Of a DNA stretch of 64,000 nt, positions 39,279 through 50,047 are shown piece by piece. Each line of letters opens with the position of its first letter. Position 1 is the first letter of the stretch. The position numbers were made by a program, and so were the translations under genes. The stretch comes from Alphaproteobacteria bacterium (GTDB taxonomy: Bacteria > Pseudomonadota > Alphaproteobacteria > SP197): NCBI GenBank assembly GCA_965221115.1, contig CBDCRU010000002.1, forward strand, positions 628,172-692,171, in the 5' to 3' direction. The notes below the pieces were generated by a model. That model was not told the origin of the DNA. It made no database searches and worked only from the letters and a program-made list of their open reading frames with translations.

Positions 39279-41534
39279 ATGGCGGATCAGGTCAGGGTCA
39301 GTGACATCGATGCCCTCAAGTTCCACGCGGAGGGGCGCCCCGGCAAGTTGGCGATCACGCCGACAAAGCCGCTCAACACGGCGAGGGAACTCTCGCTCGC
39401 CTACTCTCCGGGGGTCGCGGCGCCCTGTCTCGAGATCCACCGGCAACCGGCAACCGTCTTCGACTACACCGCGAAAGGCAATGTCGTCGCCATCGTCTCC
39501 AACGGTTCGGCCGTTCTGGGACTGGGCAATCTCGGCGCTCTGGGCGCCAAGCCGGTCATGGAAGGAAAAGCGGTCCTCTTCAAGCGATTCGCCGATGTCG
39601 ACGGCATCGATATCGAAATCGACAGCGAGGATGTCGACGAGATCGTGCAGACGGTGAAACTCATCAGCCCGACCTTCGGCGGCGTCAATCTCGAGGACAT
39701 CAAGGCGCCGGAGTGCTTCATCATCGAGCAGCGCCTGAGGGAGATCGTCGACATTCCGATCTTCCACGATGACCAGCACGGAACGGCCATCATCTGTCTG
39801 GCCGGTGTCATCAACGCCCTGGAGATTGCCGGCAAGAGACTGGCCGACTGCAAGGTGGTGGTGAACGGCGCGGGTGCGGCAGGAATTGCCTGCCTCGAAC
39901 TGGTGAAGGCACGCGGCCTTCCCCATGACAACGCCATCCTGTGCGATTCTCAGGGCGTGGTCTACCAGGGACGGGCAAAGGGCATCAACCAGTGGAAGTC
40001 TGCCCATGCCGTCGAGACGTCCGCGAGGACGCTCGAGGATGCGATGGAGGGGGCGGACATCTTCCTCGGGGTTTCGGTCAAGGATGCCGTGACGGGGGAC
40101 ATGGTCGCATCGATGGCCGCACGGCCCATCATCTTCGCCATGGCGAACCCGGATCCGGAGATCCTGCCCGAGGACGTCCAGGAGGTCCGCGAGGACGCCA
40201 TCGTGGCGACCGGCCGTTCCGACTATCCCAACCAGATCAACAATGTCCTTGGGTTCCCCTACATCTTCAGAGGCGCGCTCGATGTGCGGGCAACGACGAT
40301 CAACGACGCCATGAAGATTGCCGCCGCCGAGGCGATCGCCTCCCTGGCAAGGGAGGACGTGCCCGACGAGGTGGCGTCAGCCTATGCCGGCGACCACCTG
40401 CGCTTCGGACCGGATTACATCATTCCCAAGCCATTCGATCCCCGCCTCATATCACGGGTGCCATCGCGCGTGGCGCGGGCGGCCATGGATACGGGCGTGG
40501 CACGCCGGCCGATCATCGACACCGAGGCCTATCAGGCCCGTCTCTCCGGCCTGCTTTCTCCGGTTGCCGGACGCATGCACGAGATCTTCGAGACCGTGCG
40601 CCGGCGTCAGGCGCGGATCGTGTTTGCCGAAGGCGAGGAAGAAAAGACTATCCGGGCAGCGGCACTGTGGCGTGACCAGGGACTCGGCGTCGCCATCCTC
40701 GTCGGCAGGACGCAGTACATCCAGGAGAAGATGGAGACGCTTGGCGTCAGCCCGGGCGGCCTCGAGATCGCCAACGCGGATGCCGTGGATATCGAGCAGT
40801 ACGTCAACCATGTCTATGCCCACATGCAGCGCCGTGGTGCGCTGCTTCGCGATTGCCAGCGCTGGATCCACCTGGATCGCGATGTCTTCGCCGCGGCCAT
40901 GCTGGCGACAGGTGATGCCGATGCCATGGTCACCGGCCTCACCCGGTCCTATCCGGGCGCGCTCTCCCATGTCCAGAGGGCGTTGAAGGCCGGCGATGGC
41001 CAGATCGTCTTCGGCATGACCATCCTCGTCTCCTCCCAGCACACGCTGCTGTTGGCCGACACCACCATCAACGAGGAACCGTCGGCCAGGGATCTCGCCG
41101 ACATCACGGTTCAGGCGGCCGCCAAGGCGCGCGCACTGGGTGTCGAACCACGGGTCGCCCTGCTGTCGTTTTCCAATTTCGGCAGCCGCGGCGAACGGCG
41201 GACGGCCCACCTGCGCGAGGCCGTGCGCATCCTCAAGGAACGCGAGGTCGACTTCGAGGTCGACGGCGAAATGGCGGGCGACACCGCGCTCGACAAGAAC
41301 TCACTGGACTACTATCCCTTCATCGCGCTGGGCGGTCCGGCCAATGTTCTCATCATGCCCAACCTTCACGCCGCCAACATTTCCTACAGGCTGGTCGAGG
41401 CGATGGATGGCGCGCGCGTGATCGGACCGATTCTTCTCGGTCTGGAGAAGCCCGTGCAGATTGTCCGCCTGGGGGCGACGGTCAACGACCTCCTCAACAT
41501 GGCGGCTCTGGCGGCCATCGACATCGAGGACTGA
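39279..41534 (+). CDS. maeB: NADP-dependent malic enzyme (malic enzyme plus phosphotransacetylase-like domain)
   Basis: 751 aa; N-terminus LAYSPGVAAPCLEI; typical MaeB two-domain length. Confidence 0.9.
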   Translation: MADQVRVSDIDALKFHAEGRPGKLAITPTKPLNTARELSLAYSPGVAAPCLEIHRQPATVFDYTAKGNVVAIVSNGSAVLGLGNLGALGAKPVMEGKAVLFKRFADVDGIDIEIDSEDVDEIVQTVKLISPTFGGVNLEDIKAPECFIIEQRLREIVDIPIFHDDQHGTAIICLAGVINALEIAGKRLADCKVVVNGAGAAGIACLELVKARGLPHDNAILCDSQGVVYQGRAKGINQWKSAHAVETSARTLEDAMEGADIFLGVSVKDAVTGDMVASMAARPIIFAMANPDPEILPEDVQEVREDAIVATGRSDYPNQINNVLGFPYIFRGALDVRATTINDAMKIAAAEAIASLAREDVPDEVASAYAGDHLRFGPDYIIPKPFDPRLISRVPSRVARAAMDTGVARRPIIDTEAYQARLSGLLSPVAGRMHEIFETVRRRQARIVFAEGEEEKTIRAAALWRDQGLGVAILVGRTQYIQEKMETLGVSPGGLEIANADAVDIEQYVNHVYAHMQRRGALLRDCQRWIHLDRDVFAAAMLATGDADAMVTGLTRSYPGALSHVQRALKAGDGQIVFGMTILVSSQHTLLLADTTINEEPSARDLADITVQAAAKARALGVEPRVALLSFSNFGSRGERRTAHLREAVRILKEREVDFEVDGEMAGDTALDKNSLDYYPFIALGGPANVLIMPNLHAANISYRLVEAMDGARVIGPILLGLEKPVQIVRLGATVNDLLNMAALAAIDIED

Positions 41535-41585
41535 TGACCCGCGGCGTGGAGTGGTGTCCATGACCATGGTGTTCCGTGCTCCGTC

Positions 41586-42968
41586 ATGGGCCTGATTCTG
41601 GCCCTGGTCCTTGTCGAGGCAGGGGTCTTTCTTGTCCTGGTGACGGCTGGAGAACTCACGGTGGCGGCGGCCCTCGCCGGATTCGCCGCCCTGGCGGTGA
41701 CAAGCGTGGTGCTGGTGTGGCCATTTGTTTCCGGCATGGACAACATCAGTTCATGGATTGTCCGGCGGAGCGGCCTGCCTGACCTGGAGCCGCCGCGGCT
41801 GCGCGGTGGATCACTTGTTTCGCAGTTGCAGTCTCTCGTTGACGCCGTGACACACGCTTTCGATGAACGGGAAACGCGCATTCGTCGCCTGGCGAGGGAC
41901 AACGACCATCTGCTTGACGCCTTGACCGCGCCCGTCCTGCTGGTCTCGAAGGACAGTGAGCTGGTACGCTTCAACGGTGCCGCGGGCCGGGTCTTCGGCG
42001 ACCTCCGGGCCGGGCAGCACGTATCCAGGATCCTGCGGGACCCCGGTTTCGACGGCGCCGTCGCGGCAGGTCTTGGCGAAGGTCTCTCCAGTGTCGCGGA
42101 AGTCGTCGTGACCCGTGACCACGTCGACAGCCACCTTGTCCTCGATGTCGCACCGTTGCCCGCCGGAATGGGCGATGCAGCGCTGATGGTGGTGTGCCAC
42201 GATGTCACCGGAGCCCGCAGAACAGAACAGATGCGCGTGGATTTCGTGGCCAATGCCAGCCACGAGATCCGTTCGCCGCTCACCACGCTCATCGGTTGCA
42301 TCGAGACCCTGCAGGGTCCGGCAAGGGACGATGCCGATTCGCGCGCAAGGTTCCTCGCGATGATGGAAGAACAGGGCAGGCGCATGGCGAATCTGGTCGA
42401 GGACCTCCTGTCGCTGTCACGCATCGAGATCCGGGAACACGCCCAGCCGACCGGCGAGGTCGCCATTGCGCCGCTGCTTTGCCGCCTCGCCTCCGCGCTT
42501 CACTTCGAAGCCGACAGGCGGTCGATGACCATCGATCTCGACATCCCCGACTCCATGCCCCCGGTGCGGGGTGACGAGGACGAGATCGAACAGGCCTTCT
42601 ACAATCTTATCGCCAACGCGATCGGGTACGGCCGGGAGGGGACTGCAGTCAGTCTCGCCGCCGGCATCGTGGAGCGGCCACCCGATCACCTGCGGGTCGC
42701 GCGCGGCCGGCTGGCATGGATTTCCGTCACCGATCAGGGCGACGGGATCGAGGCCCAACATCTGCCGCGGCTCACCGAGCGGTTCTACCGTGTCGACAAG
42801 CCGCGCAGCCGCGAACGCGGTGGAACCGGTCTTGGCCTTGCCATCGTCAAGCACATTCTCTCGCGCCATCGTGGCGAACTGCACGTGGCGAGCACGCCCG
42901 GCAAGGGATCCGTCTTCACGGTGTGGCTCCCTGCTGTGTTTCACGAAAGTGTCATGAAGTCCCCTTAG
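41586..42968 (+). CDS. phoR: Phosphate regulon sensor histidine kinase PhoR
   Basis: TM N-terminus, PAS region, HisKA H-box HEIRSPLTTL, ATPase G-boxes; context upstream of pstS. Confidence 0.85.
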   Translation: MGLILALVLVEAGVFLVLVTAGELTVAAALAGFAALAVTSVVLVWPFVSGMDNISSWIVRRSGLPDLEPPRLRGGSLVSQLQSLVDAVTHAFDERETRIRRLARDNDHLLDALTAPVLLVSKDSELVRFNGAAGRVFGDLRAGQHVSRILRDPGFDGAVAAGLGEGLSSVAEVVVTRDHVDSHLVLDVAPLPAGMGDAALMVVCHDVTGARRTEQMRVDFVANASHEIRSPLTTLIGCIETLQGPARDDADSRARFLAMMEEQGRRMANLVEDLLSLSRIEIREHAQPTGEVAIAPLLCRLASALHFEADRRSMTIDLDIPDSMPPVRGDEDEIEQAFYNLIANAIGYGREGTAVSLAAGIVERPPDHLRVARGRLAWISVTDQGDGIEAQHLPRLTERFYRVDKPRSRERGGTGLGLAIVKHILSRHRGELHVASTPGKGSVFTVWLPAVFHESVMKSP

Positions 42969-43015
42969 GGTGCGCGCCGATGCACCCTAACCGTCAGCCC
43001 ATGGGGGACCGTGAC

Positions 43016-44062
43016 ATGAGATTCAGAGTGTTGAATGTTGTCCTTGCTGCAGGCGTCAGTGCTCTGACCGCCGTTGCGGCGACCGCGCAGGATGCGCGAG
43101 ACACGATCAGGATCGTCGGTTCGTCAACCGTGTTTCCGTTTTCAACCGCCGTTGCCGAGCAATTCGGCCAGAACAGCGACTTTCCGACACCCGTTGTCGA
43201 GTCGACCGGGTCGGGCGGTGGATTGAAGCTCTTCTGCGCCGGCATCGGCTTCGAGCATCCCGACATCACCAATGCCTCGCGCCGCATCAAGTCCAGCGAG
43301 GTCGAGCGTTGCGCAGAAAACGGCATCATGGACATCACAGAGGTCATGATCGGATTCGACGGAATCGTGCTCGGCAACTCGCGTGGCACGGACCAGCTCT
43401 CCATCGACATTCCGGACCTGTGGCTTGCCCTTGCGGCCGAGGTTCCCGATGCGGATGGCAATATCGTCGCCAATCCCTATACGATGTGGAACGAGATCAA
43501 CGACTCGCTGCCCGCCGTCGCCATCAGGGTCATGGGCCCGCCGCCGACGTCCGGCACGCGCGACGCCTTCGTCGAACTCGTCATGGAGGAGGGATGCGAG
43601 CACTTCGAAGCCGTCGTCATGATCGAGGAGTCGGATGAAGACCGCTTCGAGAGCATCTGCGCCTCGATCCGCGAGGACGGCGCCTTCATCGAGGCCGGGG
43701 AAAACGACAACCTGATTGTCCAGAAGCTCGAGGCCGATCCGGACGCCTTCGGCATCTTCGGATTTTCCTTCCTCGATCAGAACATCAACAAGATCCAGGG
43801 GTCGATGATGAACGGTGTCGAGCCGACGTTCGACAACATCGCTTCCGGCGACTATCCGGTATCGCGTTCGCTCTATGTCTACGTCAAGAACGCCCACATC
43901 GATGTCGTTCCGGGCATCACCGAGTTCGTGGCCGAGTTCACCAGCGATGACGCCTGGGGCCCCTTCGGCTACCTCGCGGACAAGGGCCTGATCCCGCTTC
44001 CCGACGAAGATCGGGCAGCCATGGCGGCGTCGGCGAATGCCGCCACGCCTCTCAGCATGTGA
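43016..44062 (+). CDS. pstS: Phosphate ABC transporter substrate-binding protein PstS
   Basis: Signal peptide MRFRVLNVVLAAGVSALTAVAATAQ; PstS-like IVGSSTVFPF. Confidence 0.85.
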   Translation: MRFRVLNVVLAAGVSALTAVAATAQDARDTIRIVGSSTVFPFSTAVAEQFGQNSDFPTPVVESTGSGGGLKLFCAGIGFEHPDITNASRRIKSSEVERCAENGIMDITEVMIGFDGIVLGNSRGTDQLSIDIPDLWLALAAEVPDADGNIVANPYTMWNEINDSLPAVAIRVMGPPPTSGTRDAFVELVMEEGCEHFEAVVMIEESDEDRFESICASIREDGAFIEAGENDNLIVQKLEADPDAFGIFGFSFLDQNINKIQGSMMNGVEPTFDNIASGDYPVSRSLYVYVKNAHIDVVPGITEFVAEFTSDDAWGPFGYLADKGLIPLPDEDRAAMAASANAATPLSM

Positions 44063-44081
44063 TACGTTGAGTCATTCTCGA

Positions 44082-44124
44082 GGTGCCGGGGACCAGCAAC
44101 CGGTCCCCGGCACCTTTCTTTGTT
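44082..44124 (+). terminator. Intrinsic terminator/attenuator between pstS and pstC
   Basis: ggtgccggggacc-N7-ggtccccggcacc followed by tttctttgtt. Confidence 0.55.
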
Positions 44125-44161
44125 CGGATGAGCCCAACACCTGCCGGAAAGTGACCGGACC

Positions 44162-45544
44162 GTGACCCAGATGATCCTCACCCTGGCGCTGATCTGCCTT
44201 GCGGCAGCAGCCTTCCTTGTCGGGCGAAGGAGAGCGGTCAGGGTCACCGGAGGCCGGACGTCCGCCCTTCACTCCCGTCCGGTCTATCACGGCTGGTATG
44301 TCGCACTGGCCTGTGGCTTGCCGGCGGTGTCCCTCTGGTTCCTGGTTCTCGTGGCCGGGGACTGGATGATTGACAGGACCATTGTGGCCGCGCTCCCCGG
44401 GGAACTTCGGGAGGCCTCCGCCCCGGTCCTGCAGCGATTCCTGAACGATGCCGAAACACTCGCTGCCGGTGGCATTCCGACGATCGAGATCACTCCGGAA
44501 CTCGAGGCCGCGGCTGCCTCCTTCAGGCAACTCACGCTTCTCGAGAATTGGGTCGGATTTGGTGCCGCAATGGGTCTTGGGCTCATTGGGGCCGGGCTCG
44601 CGATGCGCCGGATCGACATCTCCCGGCGGACCCGTCAGCCGGTCGAGCGCGTGCTTCTCGTTGTGCTTCTTGCCGCTGCGGCGATTTCCATCCTGACGAC
44701 GACGGGCATTGTCTTTTCGGTACTCTTCGAGGCGATCCGCTTCTTTGACAAGGTGCCGTTCCTCGACTTCCTGTTCGGTGTGAAGTGGAGTCCGCAGATC
44801 GCCCTGAGGGAGGACCAGGTGGGATCATCGGGGGCCTTCGGTGCGGTCCCGCTCTTCACGGGCACGCTTCTCATCACTCTCATAGCCATGCTCGTGGCCG
44901 GGCCTGTGGGACTCCTTTCGGCGGTCTACCTGGCCGAGTATGCCGACCCGCGCCATCGGGCGGTGGCCAAGCCGATGCTCGAGATCCTCGCCGGCATTCC
45001 CACGGTGGTCTACGGCTTCTTCGCCGCGCTCATCGTTGCGCCGGCGCTGCGCGAGGCGGGCATCATGATCGGGCTCGACGTGGCGTCGGAAAGCGCCCTG
45101 GCGGCAGGGCTGGTCATGGGCATGATGATCATTCCCTTTGTCTCGTCGCTCACCGACGATGCCCTTGCAGCGGTGCCTGACGACCTGCGCGATGCATCCC
45201 TGGGACTTGGTGCGACGCACCAGGAAACGGTGACACGCGTCATTATTCCCGCGGCCCTTCCCGGGATCGTGGCCGGGTTCCTGCTGGCGGTGAGCCGGGC
45301 CATCGGAGAAACCATGATCGTGGTGATGGCGGCCGGTCTTGCGGCCAATCTCACGGCGAACCCCCTCGAGGCCGTCACCACCGTGACCGTGCAGATCGTG
45401 ACACTCCTCATCGGTGATCAGGAATTCGACAGCGCCAAGACCCTCGCCGCCTTCGCACTTGGCCTGACCCTCTTCATGGTCACGCTGGGCCTCAACATCA
45501 TCGCACTGAGAATGGTGCAGAAGTACCAGGAAAAATATGACTGA
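44162..45544 (+). CDS. pstC: Phosphate ABC transporter permease PstC
   Basis: Polytopic membrane protein in pst order. Confidence 0.9.
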   Translation: MTQMILTLALICLAAAAFLVGRRRAVRVTGGRTSALHSRPVYHGWYVALACGLPAVSLWFLVLVAGDWMIDRTIVAALPGELREASAPVLQRFLNDAETLAAGGIPTIEITPELEAAAASFRQLTLLENWVGFGAAMGLGLIGAGLAMRRIDISRRTRQPVERVLLVVLLAAAAISILTTTGIVFSVLFEAIRFFDKVPFLDFLFGVKWSPQIALREDQVGSSGAFGAVPLFTGTLLITLIAMLVAGPVGLLSAVYLAEYADPRHRAVAKPMLEILAGIPTVVYGFFAALIVAPALREAGIMIGLDVASESALAAGLVMGMMIIPFVSSLTDDALAAVPDDLRDASLGLGATHQETVTRVIIPAALPGIVAGFLLAVSRAIGETMIVVMAAGLAANLTANPLEAVTTVTVQIVTLLIGDQEFDSAKTLAAFALGLTLFMVTLGLNIIALRMVQKYQEKYD

Positions 45545-46823
45545 CCTGGCGCATCCCATGGTGTCGGTTCACCAGAGCGACACGTCCCGCGAACGCCTTC
45601 GAAGACGCTATGCGCGGGAACGCAGTTTCAAGATCATCTCCATCTCGGCCCTGGGGCTCACCGCTCTTTTCCTCGTGATCCTGCTCGGTTCCATCGTTCT
45701 CAACGGCTGGTCGGGGTTTCTCACCACCAAGCTGCGGCTCAAGGTGACGTATTCCGCCGAACACCTCGATGTGGAGAGTCCGGCGAACGGCAATTTCCGC
45801 ATGATCATCCTCGATGCCCTGCGCGAGAAGTTTCCCGACGCAACGGAACGCAGGGAACTGCGCGCACTGCTTGGCATCGTGTCGAACAGGGGCGCCTGGG
45901 ATGTGCGGGACGCCCTCCTCGATGACCCGTCACTCGCCGGCGGGTCACTGGAACTGTGGCTCCCGGCGGCAACGGAAGTCGACATGCTCAACAAGGGCTA
46001 CGTCGATCGTTCCGCGCCCGAGGAGCTGCGGCTGATTGACGACCGGACGATTGCCTGGGTCGATGCACTCGTTGAAGCCGATGATCTGGCGACCGCTTTC
46101 AACTGGACGTTCCTGTTGAGCGGGGATTCCCGCGAACCGGAACTCGCCGGAGTCGGCGGCGCAGTCCTGGGGTCGTTCTGGATCCTTCTCGTCACCTTTG
46201 TCGTGTCGTTTCCGACCGGGGTGGGTGCTGCTGTCTTCCTCGAGGAGTTTGCACCGAAACGCCGGTGGGTCGACATCATCGAGGTCAACATCAACAACCT
46301 CGCTGCGGTTCCCTCGATCGTCTTCGGCTTGCTGGGCCTTGCTGTTTTCCTGAACGTCATGCATCTGCCGCGTTCGGCACCGGTCGTTGGCGGCCTCACC
46401 CTGGCACTGATGACCTTGCCGACGATCATCATCGCCACGCGGGCCGCGCTGAAGGGAATACCGCCCTCAATCAAGGACGCGGCCCTCGCCATCGGCGCCT
46501 CACCGGTACAGGTGGTTTCGCATCACCTGCTGCCCTTGGCGATGCCACGGATCCTCACCGGAGCGATCATCGGCATGGCGCGCGCGTTGGGAGAATCCGC
46601 GCCATTGCTCATGGTCGGCATGGTGGCTTTCGTCGTCGATCTGCCCTCCGGGCCGACCGATGCGGCTACGGCGCTTCCGGTGCAGGTGTTCCTGTGGGCC
46701 GACAGTCCGGAACGCGGCTTTGTCGAGAAGACATCTGCCGCGATCATGGTATTGCTCGTGTTTCTGGTCGCCATGAATGGCCTGGCGGTCTACCTGAGAC
46801 AGAGGTTCGAGATACGATGGTAG
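45537..46823 (+). CDS. pstA: Phosphate ABC transporter permease PstA
   Basis: Polytopic; overlaps the pstC stop. Confidence 0.9.
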   Translation: MTDLAHPMVSVHQSDTSRERLRRRYARERSFKIISISALGLTALFLVILLGSIVLNGWSGFLTTKLRLKVTYSAEHLDVESPANGNFRMIILDALREKFPDATERRELRALLGIVSNRGAWDVRDALLDDPSLAGGSLELWLPAATEVDMLNKGYVDRSAPEELRLIDDRTIAWVDALVEADDLATAFNWTFLLSGDSREPELAGVGGAVLGSFWILLVTFVVSFPTGVGAAVFLEEFAPKRRWVDIIEVNINNLAAVPSIVFGLLGLAVFLNVMHLPRSAPVVGGLTLALMTLPTIIIATRAALKGIPPSIKDAALAIGASPVQVVSHHLLPLAMPRILTGAIIGMARALGESAPLLMVGMVAFVVDLPSGPTDAATALPVQVFLWADSPERGFVEKTSAAIMVLLVFLVAMNGLAVYLRQRFEIRW

Positions 46824-47605
46824 AATCGGCAGGCACCAGCGACGCTCCACGCGTGAAGATGAGGACGCGCGGTCTCAAGCTGTGGTACGGCGACAAGCAG
46901 GCGCTGACCGGCATCGATCTTGATGTGCCCGAACACCAGGTCACCGCCCTCATCGGTCCCTCGGGTTGCGGCAAGACCACCTTCCTGAAGTGTCTCAACC
47001 GCATGACCGACACGATCGATGGCGTGACGACCCAAGGCAGTGTCACCCTGGACGACGTCGATGTCCGGGACCGTTCTGTCGATGTCGTGCAACTGCGCGC
47101 GCGTGTCGGCATGGTTTTCCAGAAGCCCAACCCCTTTCCCAAGACGGTCTACGACAACATCGCCTATGGTCCGCGCATCCACGGCCTTGCCGCCAACCGG
47201 CGTGAGCTTGACGACATCGTGGAATCCAGTCTGCGTCGTGCCGGGCTGTGGGACGAGGTGTCCGGCCGTCTCGGAGACCTCGCGACCGGCATGTCCGGCG
47301 GCCAGCAGCAGCGCCTGTGCATTGCCCGTTCGATCGCCGTGGCGCCCGAGGTCATCCTGATGGACGAGCCCTGCTCGGCGCTCGATCCGATTTCGACGGC
47401 GCGCATAGAAGAGCTGATCGACGACCTGCGGGCGAAGTACACGATTGTCATTGTCACCCACAACCTGCAGCAGGCGGCCCGGGTCTCCCAGATGACCGCC
47501 TTCTTTCACCTTGGCCGGCTGATCGAGGTCAACAGCACGGCTGAACTCTTCCAGAGCCCGGTCGAATCAATGACCGAGGACTACATCACCGGCAGGTTCG
47601 GATGA
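46817..47605 (+). CDS. pstB: Phosphate ABC transporter ATP-binding protein PstB
   Basis: Walker [10 protein letters not shown], signature LSGGQQQRL; ATG 46817 chosen. Confidence 0.9.
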   Translation: MVESAGTSDAPRVKMRTRGLKLWYGDKQALTGIDLDVPEHQVTALIGPSGCGKTTFLKCLNRMTDTIDGVTTQGSVTLDDVDVRDRSVDVVQLRARVGMVFQKPNPFPKTVYDNIAYGPRIHGLAANRRELDDIVESSLRRAGLWDEVSGRLGDLATGMSGGQQQRLCIARSIAVAPEVILMDEPCSALDPISTARIEELIDDLRAKYTIVIVTHNLQQAARVSQMTAFFHLGRLIEVNSTAELFQSPVESMTEDYITGRFG

Positions 47606-47628
47606 GCCCACTTGGCTGAGGATTTCCC

Positions 47629-48360
47629 ATGACTGTCCAGCACACTGTCCGTTCCTATGATTCTGAACTCGAGGAGGTCACGAACCGCGTTCTCTCCATG
47701 GGCGGAATCGTGGAAGACCAGATCCGCAACGCGATGCAGGCCCTTGTGGACGGCAACCGCGCCCTTGCCCAGAACGTCATCGACAGTGACCAGAAGGTCG
47801 ACGCGCATGAGCGCGAGGTGGAGGAACTGGTCACGCGCATCGTGGCATTGCGCCAGCCCATGGCCGAGGACCTGCGGCGTATCATGACGGCGCTGAAGTC
47901 GGCCAGCAATCTGGAGCGCATGGGCGATCTTGCGGCCAATGTCTCCAAGCGCACCCTCATCATCGAGGACACCGCGAGAATGCCGCAGCGCGAGGCTCTG
48001 AGGCGGCTTGGCGCCGCCGTCTACAATATGACGACAGATGTCATGAACGCGTTCCGCGATGGCGATTCCGATCTGGCCGAGCGGGTGTGGCGCCAGGACG
48101 AGTTCATCGACGAGATGTACAGTTCCGTCTATCTCGCCATCCTCGCTGACATGATCGCCGATCCGAAGCTCATTGCGTCCGGAACCCAGGTCCACTTCAT
48201 GGCCAAGAACATCGAACGCATCGGCGACCACGCCACCAACATTGCCGAGATGGTGACCTACATGATTCTGGGCCGGTTGCCGGATCGCGACCGGCCCAAG
48301 GCAGATTCCGTGATCGGAGTGGAAGGTGAGACAGTCGAGAACGGCAGCCAAGGCATGTGA
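47629..48360 (+). CDS. phoU: Phosphate signalling regulator PhoU
   Basis: Two PhoU repeats. Confidence 0.9.
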   Translation: MTVQHTVRSYDSELEEVTNRVLSMGGIVEDQIRNAMQALVDGNRALAQNVIDSDQKVDAHEREVEELVTRIVALRQPMAEDLRRIMTALKSASNLERMGDLAANVSKRTLIIEDTARMPQREALRRLGAAVYNMTTDVMNAFRDGDSDLAERVWRQDEFIDEMYSSVYLAILADMIADPKLIASGTQVHFMAKNIERIGDHATNIAEMVTYMILGRLPDRDRPKADSVIGVEGETVENGSQGM

Positions 48361-49042
48361 AGCCACCGCCCTCGTCGTTGATGACGAGGAACCCATCCTC
48401 GAACTGGTGCGCTACAACCTGGAGGCCGAAGGCTTCAGGGTCCTCACCTGTGGCGACGGCCGCGAGGCGCTCCTCCTCGCCGAGGAGGAAAATCCGGACA
48501 TCGTCATCCTCGACTGGATGCTGCCCTCGCTGAGCGGACTGGAGGTCTGTCGGCGCATCCGCCGAGATCGCGACCTCGCGCATCTGCCGGTCATCATGCT
48601 GACGGCGAGGGCCGATGGAGCGGACCGAGTCAGGGGTCTCGATGTCGGTGCCGATGACTACGTGCCCAAGCCCTTTGCGCCTTCCGAACTGCTGGCCCGC
48701 GTGCGTGCCGTGCTGCGCCGCATCCGTCCGGCTTTGGCCGGTGATTCGCTGGCCTGTTCGGATCTTGTCATGGACCTTGCCGGGCGGCGTGTCGTGCGTG
48801 GAGGCCGGCGCATTCATCTCGGGCCGAAGGAGTTCGCCATCCTCAGACTCTTCATGGAGAACCCGGGACGGGTGTTCGGTCGCGAGCAGATTCTGGACAG
48901 GGTCTGGGGTATCGACTCGTTCATCGGTGACAGAACCGTCGACGTGCATATCGGCCGGTTGAGGAAGGCGCTCAACGTGACCGGCGGAGCCGAACTCATC
49001 CGCACCGTCCGAACGGCGGGATACGCGCTTGATGCGGACTGA
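48326..49042 (+). CDS. phoB: Phosphate regulon response regulator PhoB
   Basis: REC domain ALVVDDEEPILELV plus OmpR-type wHTH; the only in-frame start is GTG 48326, which overlaps phoU by 35 nt. Confidence 0.8.
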   Translation: MRQSRTAAKACEATALVVDDEEPILELVRYNLEAEGFRVLTCGDGREALLLAEEENPDIVILDWMLPSLSGLEVCRRIRRDRDLAHLPVIMLTARADGADRVRGLDVGADDYVPKPFAPSELLARVRAVLRRIRPALAGDSLACSDLVMDLAGRRVVRGGRRIHLGPKEFAILRLFMENPGRVFGREQILDRVWGIDSFIGDRTVDVHIGRLRKALNVTGGAELIRTVRTAGYALDAD

Positions 49043-49078
49043 GGTTTCTGCTCGATGGGGAGTGGGTGCGTTCCTGTC

Positions 49079-49828
49079 TCAGTCGGGGGGCCTCATTGCC
49101 TTCATGATGAGGGTCGCCGGCACCATGTCGAGAATCTTCGGGACATACTTGGCGCGAAGGCCGAACCAGGGATCGTAGGGATAGCGAATCCGGGAATCCG
49201 GCTCGACAATTCTCTCGACCGTCAAACCGGCGTCTACCAGAGCCTGGTGCAGGTCCGAGATACTGTACCGGTGGACCGTGACGTGGCCGTGTTCGCCCCT
49301 GTCGTCGAGGCAGGGACCCGTTTCGTTGCAGCTCTCGACGAGCATCAGGGTATCGCGATCGACCTTTCTGAAGAAGGGATGCTCAAGCGAAAAGACAAAG
49401 GTGCCGCCTGGCCGCAGAACGCGCTTGACCTCGCGGAAGGTCCCGGTCCTGTCGGCCACGAACTGCAGGGCGAAAGCGGAGAATACGATGTCCTTGCTCG
49501 CCGAGCCGATTGGCTCCAGATCGCCCATGTCGTGTTGCACGAAGTCAATCTTGACGCCGTGCCGGTCCGCCAGCGTCCGGGCGAAGCGGAGTTGCTCGAC
49601 CGAGATATCGAGCGCGGTTGGTCTGGCCCCGCGCAGGGCAAACGCGATTGAGCACTGGGCGCCACCGCATCCGATCTCCAGAACGTCCCGTCCCTCAAGA
49701 TCGCCCAGCAGGTTGAGTTCGGCCTCGTTGGGGCTGCTCGGGCCGTAGTGGATGTCGGTTGGGATTCGGGTACTCGCCTGGTAAGCCTCGGAATAGCCTT
49801 CCCACCATTCCTTGATGTCGTCAGCCAT
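49079..49828 (-). CDS. Class I SAM-dependent methyltransferase
   Basis: VLEIGCGGAQ motif I; ATG 49828 chosen. Confidence 0.7.
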   Translation of the reverse strand: MADDIKEWWEGYSEAYQASTRIPTDIHYGPSSPNEAELNLLGDLEGRDVLEIGCGGAQCSIAFALRGARPTALDISVEQLRFARTLADRHGVKIDFVQHDMGDLEPIGSASKDIVFSAFALQFVADRTGTFREVKRVLRPGGTFVFSLEHPFFRKVDRDTLMLVESCNETGPCLDDRGEHGHVTVHRYSISDLHQALVDAGLTVERIVEPDSRIRYPYDPWFGLRAKYVPKILDMVPATLIMKAMRPPD

Positions 49829-50047
49829 GTCATTCGCCCGCGACGGTGGCAGCCGGCACATCACGCGATGGCGTGGCGCCCTGCTTCGACCTGAGACGCC
49901 CTTGCATTGCTTCAGGCTCTCGTGCCGCAGCCGGCGCCGTGTCAGGTGGGGGCGATTGGACGGGGCGAAGGTTGTTGGAGTGCATGTTCACGACTCATTG
50001 CCCTTGTGACGGATAATTGTCGGCGATTCAGGCGACGGTCCGGTCAG

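Noticed and set aside
41535-43015. Pho boxes upstream of phoR and pstS
   Set aside because: I looked for CTGTCAT-N4-CTGTCAT-like direct repeats and found only a CCATGACCATGG palindrome upstream of phoR and the hairpin at 42964-42989. There is no convincing PhoB box.
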